Assembly: GCF_000002075.1 (NCBI RefSeq) | Contig: NW_004797961.1 | Coordinates: 169,017 to 233,016, forward strand | Source: Aplysia californica | Taxonomy: Eukaryota | Direction: 5' to 3' | DNA length: 64,000 nt | In this document: positions 44,279-58,954 of the stretch, piece after piece | Numbering within the stretch: position 1 is the stretch's first letter | How the letters are laid out: each line of letters opens with the position of its first letter | Position numbers and translations under genes: made by a program | The notes under the pieces: generated by a model | The model's input: only the letters and a program-made list of their open reading frames with translations | Databases searched by the model: none | What the model was told of the DNA's origin: nothing

Positions 44279-47200
44279 ATGTGGTTGATGATTGCTGCTA
44301 TCGTGACGGGAATTGTCGGTTATTTGTTCATAAATCGCTTCCTTCGATCTCTCGATGTCGGAGATTATGGCAACAAATATGTGTTTATCACAGGCTGCGA
44401 CACAGGCTTTGGGCAACGGTTGTCAGTGTAAGATTTAAAAAATTATCTTTTTAACATAAGTTCTTACAAATTTTATTCTCTTGCCTGCCTTGTTTTTTTA
44501 GCACGTGTATAGATCTAGACCAAAGTTCTTTTTTTTATGCAATGAAGGTACCATACTGATTTTTGTTTTGTTCTGAATTTTGTAAAGGTACAAAATGGTT
44601 TTAAAAGAAAGAAAAGAAAGAATTCTGATTAGAATTATGTTTTTACATGCTTGACTTTTCATTCAAGCTTTTTTGTGACGCTTTTAGGTATTCTTGCAAA
44701 AATTATAATCTCACTCTCAGTGTCCGGCATGTGAAAGGCAGCAGAAGTGTTTTTAATTCAATAAATGGAGGGAAAGTTGGGGTTTTTTGTGTTTTGTTAG
44801 GGTTTTTTTTTAAAATTTAGTTTGAAGTGTTGTGTAGGGCTTCTAAATTATTGTATTTATTTCCTTTAGAAGTGGAAATCCCAAATAAGATCAAATGTTT
44901 TAAAAAAGTAATACAGGTAATGGAAAGAATTACACTATGTTCTTTCAGATACATCATTGACCAATACAACATTGGTAGCTACTAACAGAAGCAGAGGATT
45001 TTAGCTGTTTGTTTATTATCTTCCAGACGGTTGAACAAGATGGGTTTTCATGTGATCTCTGGGTGCCTTACTCAGAAGGGGGCGGATACTTTGACACAGC
45101 TGTGCCCTGACAGGCTCTCAGCGCTGCTGCTTAATGTTGCTGATTCGGACAGCATTCAAAAAGCTTTCAAACGTGTGCAAGATTTATTGCCATCTGGAAA
45201 AGGTGGGTACTTTTTTTTTTTTAGATATCCTCTGAGTATATGACTGTTATTTTTCTATATTTTCTAGTTCTGTGCGTTTTAAAAGAAATCTTTTTCTATT
45301 CGGCCAGTTCTAGGTGTTAAAAAAAAATTAAAGTACAGTCTTACAGATTCTCGTGTGATAGTATAGTGTTTTTGGGGAACTGAGCTTTGACTAGCTGCCT
45401 TCTGATCAACAGTTTATTCCCCCCCCCCCCCCCACCCAAAAAAAAGAAATGCTGATCTGAATGGATAAATAAGAGTACCTTCAGCAAAGACATATTATAT
45501 ATGACTGCTTGAAAGAGGAGAAACTCTATGTTGCAGCAGAAAAAGAGCCTAACACACATGTAAATTATATGAGTTGCACTGAGGATTAAAGAAAACAGTC
45601 CCAATCCCCTTGCATTTACTTCTCTTATTTATTGCCAAAAGTTGTCAGTGCTTATCTGTTTGTCACTCCTCACTGTTGGCAGAGTGGTGGGTCAACTGCT
45701 AGGCAACAGCTGTGGCTGGTCTGGTAGAATTTTTAGACAGTTTTGATCCTGAAAACTTTTTTGATTAGATGGGATACCTGACAAATATGGACACTGTTTA
45801 TTTTACTTGGAGTTCATCATCATCATCCGGTGCCTTGCTGACTTGCGTGAGCGATCATAGACCACCACTTCACTCTGTCTTGCGTTACAGCGATGGTGTC
45901 TGTCGTTCTTGCTGTTCCCAGCCATATTGTCAACTTGTCCAGTATCTTTTCCCTCTGTCTGCCTCTGCCTCTCTTTCCATCAAACTTGGCTGTTGTTACA
46001 ATATTCTCCAATGTTTCTTTCCGCATTGTGTGTCTTATTAACTTTGCCTGTCACAAACTTGGAGTTAAAATAACCAAAACAGTGATCACACTTCGTGCCA
46101 CCTGGTTCCAACGAGAGAATTTTCAATACATAACTGAGTATTCTTCACATACCAAAAATGAATAGAAGGATAGGGAGTGACAGAGAGAAGAGGAGTGAAG
46201 GGATGAAATTGTAGACATGGGCATGAGCTGTGCTGTGGCATCATCATGTCATGTTGGCGTATGACCTTTCCTGGTTTTTACCTGCCAGCTCCACCCATTC
46301 ACTTGGAACACTGCCAGTGAAATAAATATGTGAGGCATTGTGGTGACATCAGGCATGCATCAAAATGATGAAATCAAAGAAATCGTCATTTCTTCTGGCA
46401 GATGGGCACTTTTTTTCTCATTTCTTTTTTTGGCTCAACACCTTTTATGGCCATTTAAAAACATATTTTTGTGTGAATTTTACTGCTGAACAATTTCTTA
46501 AATAATAATGTTCAAATGCTAGATACCTCATCAGTATTCTAACAGTATTTAGATAGTATTCTGTAATCACAGACCTAAAGGTCAAGAGAAATACTTTTGT
46601 TGCAAGATGATTAAGATGATAAGAGTTAAATGGATGAGGATAGAAATGGCTTCTGCGTCTTTTTTGTTACAAAACAAAAGCATAGGTCTTACACTTTTTA
46701 CCAATGTTTTAATGGTTGGGAGCAAAGGGTGTTAGTTGTCTGAAAAGATGGACTGAAATGTGGAGTCTGCTTGAACTTTGTCAAAAGTTAGGTTGAATCA
46801 ATACAGCAGTTTTAAGATATTGACTGACTTTTTAACTGATCTTGTGCCCCCATAAAAGCACTGAAAAATGGTGAAATGGTATAGATTTAACACTCTTGTC
46901 AACACTTAGGTTACTTAGTGGTGGGCATCTGAGTTTAACATCAATCTCCGAAAGGATCCAGCCAAATGGGAAATTCGTGAAAAGTGCCTTTCCCAAGGAC
47001 ACAACATTGGACCGAGCTAATGCTTGAACCCCCAAACCCGCAATCTCTTAATTACGGGTCCGGAAGCCGGAACATTAGGCCTTCAACGCCGTCAAAAAGG
47101 ACTGAAATGGGACTGCTAAATGTTTAAATTTGTGTGGATAACACGTGCATCTTTGAGTTTGAGTATGCACGAGTGCATTGGTGTGTTGTTGTTAGTGTGC

Positions 47201-50200
47201 AAGGTGTACTGTTGTAGAGTCTGCTTTAACGGCCACTTGTCCAAGACAGTCACCAGTACAAGAGACCACACTCTCCCCCCTTCCCCCGCTCCCCTCTTGT
47301 GCTTATATTATCATATTGACCCTTTCCTAGACATTCTCCTGTCTAAGACAACCAATTTTTTCCCTTGATTTTATGTTGTTGTCTTAGAGAATTTCAACCG
47401 TATTTATTTCCTGCACAATTTTTCCAATCTCCAGAACATACAAGAATTGCATGACTAGCTTATGTAGCAGAATGGTTCGTGTTATTAGAATTTAAATCTT
47501 AATACTTTCGAAAGTGTGTCAATAGTTTTCGTATTTACTTTCACAAATGTGCCTGTATCTTCTTCTCTTTCAGGCCTATGGGCTGTCGTAAACAACGCAG
47601 GCATCAGCGGAAATCCTAGCTGTATTGAAATGTGCACGAAACAAGATTTTGTGGAAGCCATCGATATCAATCTGTACGGCCCTTTTGAGGTCTCAAGGAC
47701 GTTCCTGCCTCTGCTCAGGAAGACCAGGGGCCGAGTCGTGTGCATCACGAGCATTATGGGAAGATACCCGGGTGTAGCGGCCCCGTACTGCGCCTCCAAA
47801 TTTGGGCTGGAAGCTTTCTGTGACGTGTTGAGGTACTTGGTGTATTGAGTACATTTCTGTACGCATGTTGACTCGGACGGAATTCTTCTTTGTCTCTTCT
47901 TCCTCTTCTTCTTCCTCCTCCTCCTCCTTCTTCCCCTTCTTTTTTTCCTCCTTCTCTTTCTCCTGTCCTCCTCTTCTCTCCTACTCCTCCTCCTGTTTTG
48001 GGAACTAGAGTGGTTTATCTACATTTACACAAAACACTTTTAGACTTTTTGTGGCTGTAAAAATATTTACCTCCCATTTCTAATTATTGTATTTCACTAG
48101 ATGCTCAGCATCAGGTCATTATAACTGACTGGTATTATGCGGTAATATTAAAATTTGTTACCCTTAATCAGTACAGCTGTATTCCTCTGCTGCTTTTATG
48201 TCAGATACTGCAAGACTGTTATTTTCACTTTTCTTCTCTCAACATAATGTTATGCCGTTTGTTTCTTACTTTAGGAGTTAAACACCTTACCAGGTGCATA
48301 GAGCATACTATACCCCCCNNNNNNNNNNNNNNNNNNNNNNNNNNNNNNNNNNNNNNNNNNNNNNNNNNNNNNNNNNNNNNNNNNNNNNNNNNNNNNNNNN
48401 NNNNNNNNNNNNNNNNNNGGTTCAGTTGTGATCCTCTGTTGGGATTTTATTTTCTTTGTCATTTGGAAGTTTGTTAGTGTTACATTTCTATTTCTTTCGT
48501 CCGCTGCCTTTGTTCTCTTTTCTTTATTGTTTCGTTTGAACGTGCAGGGATTTTAGGGAGACGTCGGTAGCCTAGTGGTTAGACTACCGGACCCGTAATC
48601 GTGATATTACGGGGTCAGGGGTTCGAACCTCAGCTCGGTCCGGCGTTTTGTCCCTGGGAAAGACACTTAACACACTTTCCCACTTGGCTCGGTCCTTTCG
48701 GAGATGGACGTTAAACGTGGAGTTCCCACCTGTTAAACAATAACCTAATAGTGTTGATAGGGGCATTAAACTTTTACCATTTCACCAGTTTCGTATGTTT
48801 TTTGTTTTTTGTTTTCAAACCGCAGAAAAAGTGGGAGGGGGTCCCTTAGAAGGATACACTTCATACTGAGATCGCATTGTGTTCTCTGGGCATCATCTTG
48901 GCCCTATAAAATATAGATCTACGTCTCGCTCGGAATTGATACCTGACTGTTGGAGGGAAATTCTCAATCTTGCCTTATTGTCGTGAGTGTGTAGCTCCTT
49001 TCTTTTCATTTCTTTTTCCTGGTCAGGGTTTAATAAAGACCCGTCAGTTTTCCACCCAAGCGACCTCCCCTGACACCTCGGCGACAAGGGGAGCTCACTG
49101 CCAGTCAGAGCGAGCTGTTGGCTTGTGTTGCAGCTTTATTAAATTCTCTCCCGTGTTTTCATTGGTTATCTGCTTGCGGGGCCGCCATTTTTTCCTTTGC
49201 CAGAAAAATAAGCGAGATCAGGGGAGAGAAGTGATTGTGTGTGTGTGACTGCTGGATTAAAGAGAACGTCCATAGACTGAACACATCCTGCTTAGTTGTT
49301 TAAATATGTGTTTTTACGCCTCTCCACACAATTTAGATCATTTTGGAAGCTGAGGGGCTTCGGTAGCCTAGGGGTTAGGCTACCAGACTCGTAATCGTGA
49401 GATTGCGGGTTCGGGGGTTCGAGCCTCAGCTCGGTCTGACGTTGTGTGCTTGGGAAAGACACAGTGCACGAATTTTCCATTTGGCTCCGTCCTTTCGGAG
49501 ATGGAAGTTAAACTCGGAGGTCCCGCCTATCATATAACCTAATAGTGTTGATAGGGCCGTTAAACCCATACTATTTCACATTTTGGAAGCGAGCTTCGAT
49601 TCTGTCAGCCAGGGCCAACACGGCAGAGATTGATACAACATCCCATCAGAAAGATCAAGATACTCGTTAAAAATTCTCTCGACACAGGAATCAAACTCAA
49701 GTCTTCTGCGTTTGATGGCGAAGACCTAAGTGTACACCACTGAAGCCGATGAACAGCTGTTGCTTATTGTTATATTTAGGCAAACATATAAGAAAAAATG
49801 AAGGAGAAACTGGAAAGAAAATGACTGTGTGTAATTGCGGAAAAATCTCAAAGTTCTTACGTTCTTTTCTTCCTTCTATATAGTTTAGTTTTTGTAAAGC
49901 GATACACATACACAACATAACAGCCATTTAGTGAACAGACAAACAAATCCAGATAAAGAAAGGAGGTAGGACTTGTTTCCCTCGCCCACTCGTATCAAAT
50001 AACAACATCTGATGAGTATAACGTTACGTACGTGATTTATTAGCTGTAATAAACGCAAGTTTATGAAGTGGTTAGTTTTGTAAGACCTACCAGTGGCACC
50101 GTTCAGCCGCTAGCCGGCTTGCTTTCCTGGTACTTGCGCATCTTCATCCTCATCATTTAAGTTTACATTTATCCTGGAAACGTACCCCCCGGGGGATACC

Positions 50201-52013
50201 ACTGACTGAAGTGTCTTTAGGCCATTCCCAAGGAGGGGACATTTCTCGTTCATGCACAGTAGAATTGTAAGTGGGCTGATTCATCAATGTCACGCTCATA
50301 ACTGTGCTTGATCTACAACAGGGAACTGCTACTTTTTCTTTCCTAATCCTTGCTATCGTCATTTTTCCTCTACTTCTTTTGTATGTTTGTCACTCTCTTG
50401 TGACCTGCTATTTTCGGTGTGCCTTGAAAGTCAAAACAGAGTTTGTGCTGTTGAAGCTAGAGAGGTGAGCAGAGTAAGCCTGATTCCCTGTAAGGACTTC
50501 TCTGTTGATTTCCACCCTTATGCAGTTGCGAGCGCCGTAAAACCTCTACTAAAACTAGCTAAAAAGAGCAACATCACAATTATGAGTCCGGTAGCGTAAC
50601 CACAAGGCCACTGTTGCCACACATTTGAACAGGTTGTCAACATTACGTTATCCGATTATGGCATTCTTATGTTGTTTATCCCCACATGTTTTCTCTTTGT
50701 TTTTCTATTTCCAGGCGTGAGGTCTATCGTCAAGGAATTAAAGTGTCCATTCTGGAGCCAGGGTACTTCAAAACAAATATTCTCAACTTTGAGTTCCTCA
50801 CGGGCAAATGTAAATCTTCCTTTGACCAGGCTAGTGATGAAGTGAAGACAGCCTATGGTCCAGATCATGTGAAAAATTGTGAGTAACAATCAACTTTCAA
50901 TTCCTGCAGTTGTGTTTCTCTTACCCACCCTCATACATTCTCCCCCACCCCCTTCTTTTTGTAGACCTTACTTTGCAGGACATAGTGCATGACTATTAGT
51001 AAACACAGTCGAAATTGTCCAAGATGGCCACCCACGTTCAAGAAGGAGAATGTTTGTCTTAGACAGGTGGATGTTTGGGGCAGTGTCATTATTATATTCT
51101 TTTAAAAAATGTAAGAGGTGGAAATGGAAAGTGGTTGTTTGTTCAGGTGATTGTCTTAGCTGTTGTTAGAGCTGGTTCGACTGCAATTTTGGGCAATCTA
51201 GAGTAGTTTTCTTTTACATTACAGTGGAAACCTGATATAACAGAGATGATGGGACCAGAGGAAAAGCCCTGTTATATCAGATCCCTGTTAAATCAGAAAT
51301 GCAAGGGAAGTAAGCATTTGTGGACTAATTCAGCTGTATTTATTCATGGGTAGTTTCCCTTGCCACAAGTACCCTCAAACAAGGGTTTTAGCCATGTGGC
51401 AGGCCTGCGCATGACGCATTATGTGTTCGTGTAGCTAGGCTAAGGGCTAGATCGAAGTCTGCAGCACACCGCAGCCCTCTTGCGCTTCATCCGCTGCATG
51501 TGCTTACAGTGGCGTGGGCTTGCTCCATCACTGCGTTACTCTCTCTCTCTCTCTTATTTTTTACGCATTGTTAACGAGCCTTTGTCCCTGCTTTAACCGA
51601 TTTGGGCTCTGATGAGGCCCTGTTATTGCCGATAAGTTTTAAGAGAGACAAAGAGTAACGGGGATTTTAAAAATCCTTGTTATTACCGGATCCCTGTTAT
51701 TACCAGGCCTGTTACATATGGTTTCCACTGTAGATAGTCTTTGCATCTGTTCTTTGTGTGCTAATCTTTTCCCCTCCTTTTTCTGTTCTCAGACGTGACT
51801 TTGGTAAGCGAGACGATGAAAGGGGCCTCCGCAGACATAGATCAAGTTGTCGATGCCTATGTGCACGCAATAACTTCCAAATTTCCTCGCACTAGATACG
51901 TTGTTGGAAACGACGCCAGATTTATTTATATCCCTCTGTCACTTGTCCCGGATTGGTGTGGCGACTGGATTGTTCGCTCCATGATGAGTTTTATGTTGTC
52001 CAAGAAAGGTTGA
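44279..52013 (+). CDS. SDR9C-family short-chain dehydrogenase (RDH16/HSD17B6/DHRS9-like), 322 aa; exons 44279-44427, 45027-45202, 47574-47832, 50715-50878, 51793-52013
   Basis: N-terminal hydrophobic anchor, TGCDTGFG Rossmann motif, GLWAVVNNAGI, catalytic YCASK, ILEPGYFKT, PRTRYVVGNDA; all phases consistent, 969 nt. Confidence 0.95.
45812..46040 (-). mobile_element. RTE-clade LINE 3' end
   Basis: MRKETLENIVTT.KFDGKRGRGRQR...QDRVKW, followed by a (TGA)n tail. Confidence 0.88.
48558..48790 (+). mobile_element. tRNA-derived SINE, family D; copies 49355-49580, 56031-56130 (3' part), 46860-47090 (-, diverged)
   Basis: GGTAGCCTAGTGG / GGTTCGAACC head; tgtccctgggaaagacacttaac core; ccatttcacc tail. 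Confidence 0.85.
51222..51730. mobile_element. Tc1/mariner (pogo-like) MITE in SDR intron, duplicated at 60728-61236; a second small one at 51005-51184
   Basis: TA-cagtggaaacc...ggtttccactg-TA. Confidence 0.85.
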
Positions 52014-55000
52014 GAATTTTTACGTAATTTTCTATACTGAATATTGGGCATGACCAAAGATATGGATTCCAAAGTTGAAAAGTATAGTTTCCTGTCCAAT
52101 GCTACGATCCAAACTCAGTTCTTATTAAAAGATCTAAAGCAACTGTTAGACATACATGCATTTAGTGGGTCAATTCGTTAAAAAAAACTGTGACCCTTTA
52201 TTTTCTCAAGTGCAGTATGCATATACGTTTTAGATTATTGTTAAACAGGTTTTGCGAACTTCATACCTCGTTTACATATGAGCTCAAGTGATAAACAGGT
52301 AGGCCTATTTTCAAATATTATTTTTTTCAATTTTCAGAGACACAAAACACTTCTCGTCCTCCCTTTTCTTGTCGTTTTACCTGACAAAGAATAGGCCTGA
52401 CTTATTGTTCTTGACTGTCTATACTGCATTTTTTATTGCTTTTATGGTGGTTGGAAAACAAAACAAAAAAATGATTTGAGAAGTTTTTCTTTTCCAATAC
52501 CAATGAACAGTAATTCCCAGAATCACTACATTTTCAAGAAGTCTTGCCAGTCACTTTTTGAGTGTCTTAAGTTAAATTTTGTTTTTATTATATGTTTTGT
52601 ATTAACTATATATATATATCTTTACTTACAGACTTAAAAATCATCTTTTTTTAAAACCTAAATCATCTTTTTTAAAACTTAAATCATCTTTTATCAAACT
52701 TGTCGACTATGGCTATAAGCAATCTAAAATACAAAGTGTCTGATGTAGCGGCAAAGAAATTAAAACGATTGACAATACAGGTTTCATGATGGTTGTTGGT
52801 GGGTGCTCTGGTATGGTTTGCTCCATCTTTTCTACAAAACATATATGTGTCATGGCGCAGAGGAATCCGGCGCTCGGTAATTTTTGGACATGTGGAGCTA
52901 TTGGTATGATTTTAAAGCTTGTTCTTTTGTCCTCCTTTAGCTGAAAAAATATACTCATCTATCGGGAATAGACTTCGAGATATTTGAGGTTGAGGGAGGT
53001 GGGGATCGTCTGATTTCAGAGGTAAAATTGTTGAGAAAATGGCCGCCAAAGTTTAGCGACTTCCAAAACTTGAGAGTCCTTAGAAACTTCAAATTTACAT
53101 TTTTGTGCCGAAAGTCAGCATTTTATAGTAAAATCCACCCAGAAATGTGTTTTTAAATGGACGTTTAAGGCGCTGAGTCAAAAAACAAAAATTTGATAAG
53201 AATTACCAAACGGATAGAAAAATGCCGGTTTCTTCGATTTCATTATTTTGACGAAGGCCTGATTTCACCATGATTTCACCATGATACCTCACATATACAT
53301 TATCTCTCTTCCTTCTTTTTTTTGTATGTTAGTCTCTTGTAACACCTCTAATATGTTCAGCAATATATGTGACCTATATATTTGTGTTGCAAGGACTGTA
53401 AAAAAAAAGCCTTCTTACTAAAAAAAAAACATATTCTATTATGAGCTTGTAGTAAATCAAGTTTCTTTGAGATGTTGATTTGTTAAGTTTGCCCAGTGCT
53501 CTGTTGTACAATGATGTCTTTCTTATATGTTATATATACTCAGAATTACAACAAATGGTCACTTTTAAGAACAAGTGGGCTAACCATGATTCGGGGGTTT
53601 CTAGAATTCTTGACCTACTCCAAAAGTGAGCATTGCCCTACCTATAGGAGACCTTTGGTTTCAATTTCATTGGTGTGTATATTTGTTTGGTTATACAGAA
53701 AACTCTCCTTGTCTTTTAAAGAAACTGAACAAGGGTCCAAAACTTTACCTTCGATTTTTTCAAAGCAGAATTTTTCGGAATAGCCCCCTTGTGCTTAAAA
53801 GCGACCCAATAAAGTCAGATTTTTGTATGGTTTCAATGTATCATTATTGTAGTAAGGGAATAATGTAACCAGGTTTGCAAACTCAAAAAACTTCAATTGA
53901 ATTGTCTTTGGGCACCTTTAATTTCATAGTTTTAAAATTTGCTCTGCGTGTGTGTGTATGTATGTATATGTGTGTGTTTGTGTGTGTGTGTGTGTGTTCA
54001 TGTGTTTGTGCATGCATGCATGTGTGGGTGCATGCATGAGTGAATGCTTGTGGGCATGTGTTTTATATACATGTAATATTGACATGTTATGTCATGCCTG
54101 TATTATTGTGTGCATCCCATTACTCTGGGTAAGACTTTTTTACTAATTTTTTTTATGATTCTCTTTTTTAATCAGTCGATTTAATTTTAAATAAGTTTCC
54201 AAAGAGAGCTCATGTCAAAAGTATTAATTTATTTTTCATCAGTCGTAGCAACTTAATAAACCCTACCAGTGAAAGATCGTTGAACTTTATTCAAGGCCAA
54301 GGTCGGGTCATTTTGAACCCCTATACCTCCAAAGACGAAATTAACATTTCTCTGAATATTATCATGAGTGAAGTAGACATAGTAGAGTGCCACAGAGAGA
54401 CGCAATTTGGTTTCAATTAGTGTTTATGACCAAAAGCAAAGACATTGGGTTGGGAGGTAAAGAAGGGGAATAATTTAGTACAGTAACAAGTTAGTAGCAC
54501 TGCACTGGAGTAAAAAAATTAAAACAACAAAATGTGAGGCAATGCTGACAAAGTGAGATACTTCTCCCCATTCACAAATGGAGATATTGGCCAAAAATCA
54601 ACCCTAGGGTAAAACTAATAGATTTTCTATTGATGCAATATTCTTTAAGTATAACATGCCTTTTGTTATTTCATACTTATAAATTGTAAAAAAAATTAAC
54701 CTATAAGCGTGCTTTTTTCCCCTCATCCTTACTGTCGTCATTTTTCCTCTACTTCTTTTGCATCATCATCATGTTTGTCACCGTCTTGTGAACTGCTATT
54801 TCCGTGGTGCCTTGATAGTCGAAGCACACTTTGTGCTGTTGAGGCTCGAGAGGTGAGCAGAGTAAGCCTGATTCCCCATGTGGACTTCTCTGTTGACATC
54901 CACCCCTTGGCGCTCATTATGACCTTATTGAGTTGCGAGCGTCGTAAGCCGTAAAACCTTACTAAAACTAATAAATTATTACCAATATTGTGTTGATGTT

Positions 55001-55241
55001 CTGCTCTTTGCTCAAAACCCACATTTATTTTCCTTATATGAAATGGGATAATTATCATGACAACGTGAATTTTGTCTTGAAGTATTATTAGATTCTTGAC
55101 TGATGAATGTTTTCAGACTTGGCTAATTGTTGAAGTTGACGATTGCATAGACTACTTCACAGAGTTGCCTTTTTGAGAGAGATATATCTTATATTATTGC
55201 AGTTGACCATTGCATAGACTACTTCACAGAGTTGCCTTTTT

Positions 55242-55275
<34 letters not shown>

Positions 55276-55431
55276 GTCTACTTATGTTTATTTGCTTCGC
55301 TTTAAATAAAGGTTTTTCAAACCAAAGTAAACGGAAGGTAATGAGTGTTGATGTTCAAGTGTCTCATTTGCTCTGGTGTGGTCTGCTCCTTTTTCCTATC
55401 AAGCATCTATCACCTTTATTTTTCCTCCTTT

Positions 55432-55978
55432 AGGGGGCTCTCGTGGCCTTAGAGGTTAAAGTGTTGGCCTCTCATTCAAAGGTCCCGGGTTCGAATCCGA
55501 GTAGCTACCGAAAAATTTTCTTCTCTAAAATTGTCTCCTTTCACCTCCTTTCCTGCTCTCTAGCAATATTCTGTCGTCTGCTTTCGTCTCCTCTTTCTGC
55601 CCCCACCCCCTCACCTCCTTTGCCCCCTCCTCTGGGCTCCTGACTCTTTCTGCAGCCTTTCTGCCTCTACTCCTTGACTCCTTCTTACAGCTGTCTTTCT
55701 ACCACACCCCTGTTCTTCTGGTAGGAAAGATCTACACCTAGCCTTCTCGGGCAAGGGCGAAAAATCTCGGGCAAGGGCGAAAAATCTCGGAGGGCCCGTG
55801 TGCAAGTTGCGCACGTTAAAGATCCCTTGGTGGTCTAAAATCGACAAGAGTAGGCTTTGGCCGCCACCCAGGCAAAATTCAAAATTTCCTACCAACTAAA
55901 AAATATTAGGTGTGTCCCGCGCGCTCATAGACCTTATGCAGTTGCGAGCGCCGTAAAAATACTTACCAAAACTAACAA
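55432..55978 (+). mobile_element. tRNA-SINE family C copy nested in a family A element
   Basis: Near-identical to 13053-13584; TSD ttttcctcctt. Confidence 0.9.
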
Positions 55979-58299
55979 TTTTCCTCCTTCTTTTTTGTGT
56001 TTGTTACTCTCTTGCAGGACCTCTAATCTTCACGGTCCTATCGGAGACGGACGTTAAACTAAGAGGTCCCGCCCCTTAAATAACCTAATAGTGTTGATAG
56101 GGGCGTTAAACCTATACCATTTCACCATTTCTCTAATCTTCAGCTCTTATATGACTTAATTGTGTGGCAAGTGCCGCGAAACTCTTACTTATAGCAACCT
56201 AAACGTGCTGCACCCTTGTGACACAATGAAGACAGTTTTTCCCGGAATCTCCGTTGTGTATTGTGGAAGATTTTTCCGTCAACTCAGACCTTGTGTTACA
56301 AGTGCCTTAAAACTTTTNNNNNNNNNNNNNNNNNNNNNNNNNNNNNNNNNNNNNNNNNNNNNNNNNNNNNNNNNNNNNNNNNNNNNNNNNNNNNNNNNNN
56401 NNNNNNNNNNNNNNNNNNNNNNNNNNNNNNNNNNNNNNNNNNNNNNNNNNNNNNNNNNNNNNNNNNNNAACGATCAAATTAAATTACCCAGTCTAGCGGG
56501 CACAAAGTGAATATTTTTCGCTATGTACACATTTCGTAGTGTGTGTGTTATATATAACTAATACACAACTCCCGGGGGCGGTGCTGCTGACTGAAGCGTC
56601 TTTAGGCCATTCCCAAAGGGGGGACATTAACCTGTTCTTATGGGTAGTAGAATTGTAAATTGTAAATGGGCTGATTCATCAATGTCATGCTCATAACTGT
56701 TCCTGCACTGCAACAAGGAACTGCTGTTTTTTCTGTTCTAATCCACACTGTCGTCATTGTCCTCTATTTCTGTTGTATGTTTGTCACACTCTTGTGACCC
56801 TCTATTCCCGGGGTGCCTTGATAGTTGAAGCAGACTTTGTGCTGTTGAGGCTAAAGAGGTGAGCAGAGTAAGCCTGTCGATTCCCCGTTTGGACTTCTCT
56901 GTTAATATCCACCCCTTGGCGGTCATAATATGACCTTATGCAGTTGCGAGCGCCGTAAGACCTCTCTAAAACTAAGAGCAGTTGATGGATGGCTGAGGGT
57001 GCCACCGGCAGGTTATACATCTTTTGTTTCCCTTTGTTGTTTTCTGTCTGTCTTGCTCTTTCCCAGCTCCAAATGTCCATTAAGTATTGTGTTGATAATT
57101 TTCTCTTTAATCCTTAGCGGGCGGTTGGAGGGCGCCACTGGTAGGTCCTACTTCTTCACTTTCCCTCTATCTGTCGGTCTTAACTTTTCCAGTACTGAAC
57201 AGGCTAACAATTTTTGTGTCGATGCGCTTTTCTTTAGTCAAACAAACAATTTTGCTCTTTACTCAAATTGATAAGCAAAACAGTTTTTGAAAGACACAAG
57301 CTATTAAACAGTATTAGCACAAGGGGGCTATCCCGAAAAATGCTGTTTTGAGAACATTGAAGATAAAGTTTTTGCCCCTTATTCGGTTTCTTTAAAAAAA
57401 CAAAGAAAGTTTTCTCAATAACCAAACAATTCCCATTTCTGGGGTAGGTTAAGATTTCTGGAAACCCCCGAAATCTGGGTTAGCCAGCTTGTCCAGGGGT
57501 TTTCAGAAATCTTGACCTACACCAAAAGTGGGAATTGCCCTAACTATATGAGAAGTTTGGTTCATTGATGTGTATATTTGTTTGGCTATAGAGAAAACTC
57601 TCCTTGTTTTTTAAAAGAAAATGAATAAGGGGCAAAAATTTTATCTTAGATTTTCTCAAAGCAGCATTTTTCGGGATAGCCCCCTTGTGCTTAAAACTAT
57701 TAAATTATTAAAGCGACCATAATAATTTTCGCAGTTCAACTTCCACTCAAACAGAATAAAACCATAACTCCCCCCAATGTGTCCTTTGTGTGACTATGCA
57801 TGCATACGAGACTGTGAATCATACCTCTCTTCTACAGCACAGCCCTGAACGATAATGACACCAGAGCACAGAATTCAAGTGTAGAATTCTGTGCACCAGA
57901 GCGATACTTCTCCCTCCGAGACTATGGAAAATTACAGCAACTACTACAGCAAATCTGCACTTATCACTAGATCTACGTGACATTGGACAGTTAAGGGCGA
58001 GGGCTCCGATAACAACAACAAAAAACAGCAACGACAGCAACAACAAAAAAGCAACAGCAACAACAAAAACAATTATCATGCACATGACACATCACAAGGG
58101 AACGATTACATGTTGACTGAAACTAATACGTATCATCATCCTACATTATATCCACTGATCGTCGTTCCATGTTCACAGATCGCCGCTGTTTAGCCCATCT
58201 TGCTTGCACTTGCAGCCTTCATCGTCAACCCTGGCTTCTCAAGTTACTGGATCAACCAACCAACCAACCAGGACAAACCAGTAGTAGGCCTGTATGTTC

Positions 58300-58850
58300 C
58301 ACAGTGCAGCACACAACAGCTTCAACAGCAGATCTACAAGGACATATAGCGGCTTTGTGACTTTGTGAACAGTCAGTACGACAGTACGTTGATACGTGTA
58401 CCCCAGTAGCACACAACAGTAGATCTACTACAAGTACCATAGAGTGTAGTGTACATCTATGACAAGTACCTATAGCGGCTTTGTGACTTTGTGAACAGTC
58501 AGTACGACAGTACGTATACCCCAGTAGCACACAACAGTAGATCTACAAGTACCATAGAGTAGAGTGTGCATCTATGACAAGTACCTATAGCGGCTTTGTG
58601 ACTTTGTGAACAATCAGTACGACAGTACGTATAACCCAGTAGTACACAACAGTAGATCTACAAGTACCATAGAGTGTAGTGTACATCTATGACAAGTACC
58701 TATAGCAGCTTTGTGACTTTGCGAACCGTTAGTAGGACAGAAGGCTACGTATACCCCAGTAGCACACAACAGCAGTAGATCTACAAGTAGCCTACCTATA
58801 GCGGCTTTGTAGCTTTGTGAACAGTCAGTACGACAGGAGTACGTGTGCTC
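58300..58850. repeat. ~115-120 bp tandem repeat, about 5 units
   Basis: Recurring tatagcggctttgtgactttgtgaacagtcagtacgacag...gtagatctacaag. Confidence 0.9.
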
Positions 58851-58954
58851 GGTGGGTTCCTTCTTAAATCAGCTGACGTCGCCCAGGTGAGCGAACAATA
58901 ATTACATCATAGTCATAGCTGTAGGTTTTTTGTTTGTTTGTTGCTGTTTTTTTA

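Noticed and set aside
58300-58850. Regular repeats as a possible CRISPR-like array
   Set aside because: Whole units repeat with no unique spacers; eukaryotic minisatellite.
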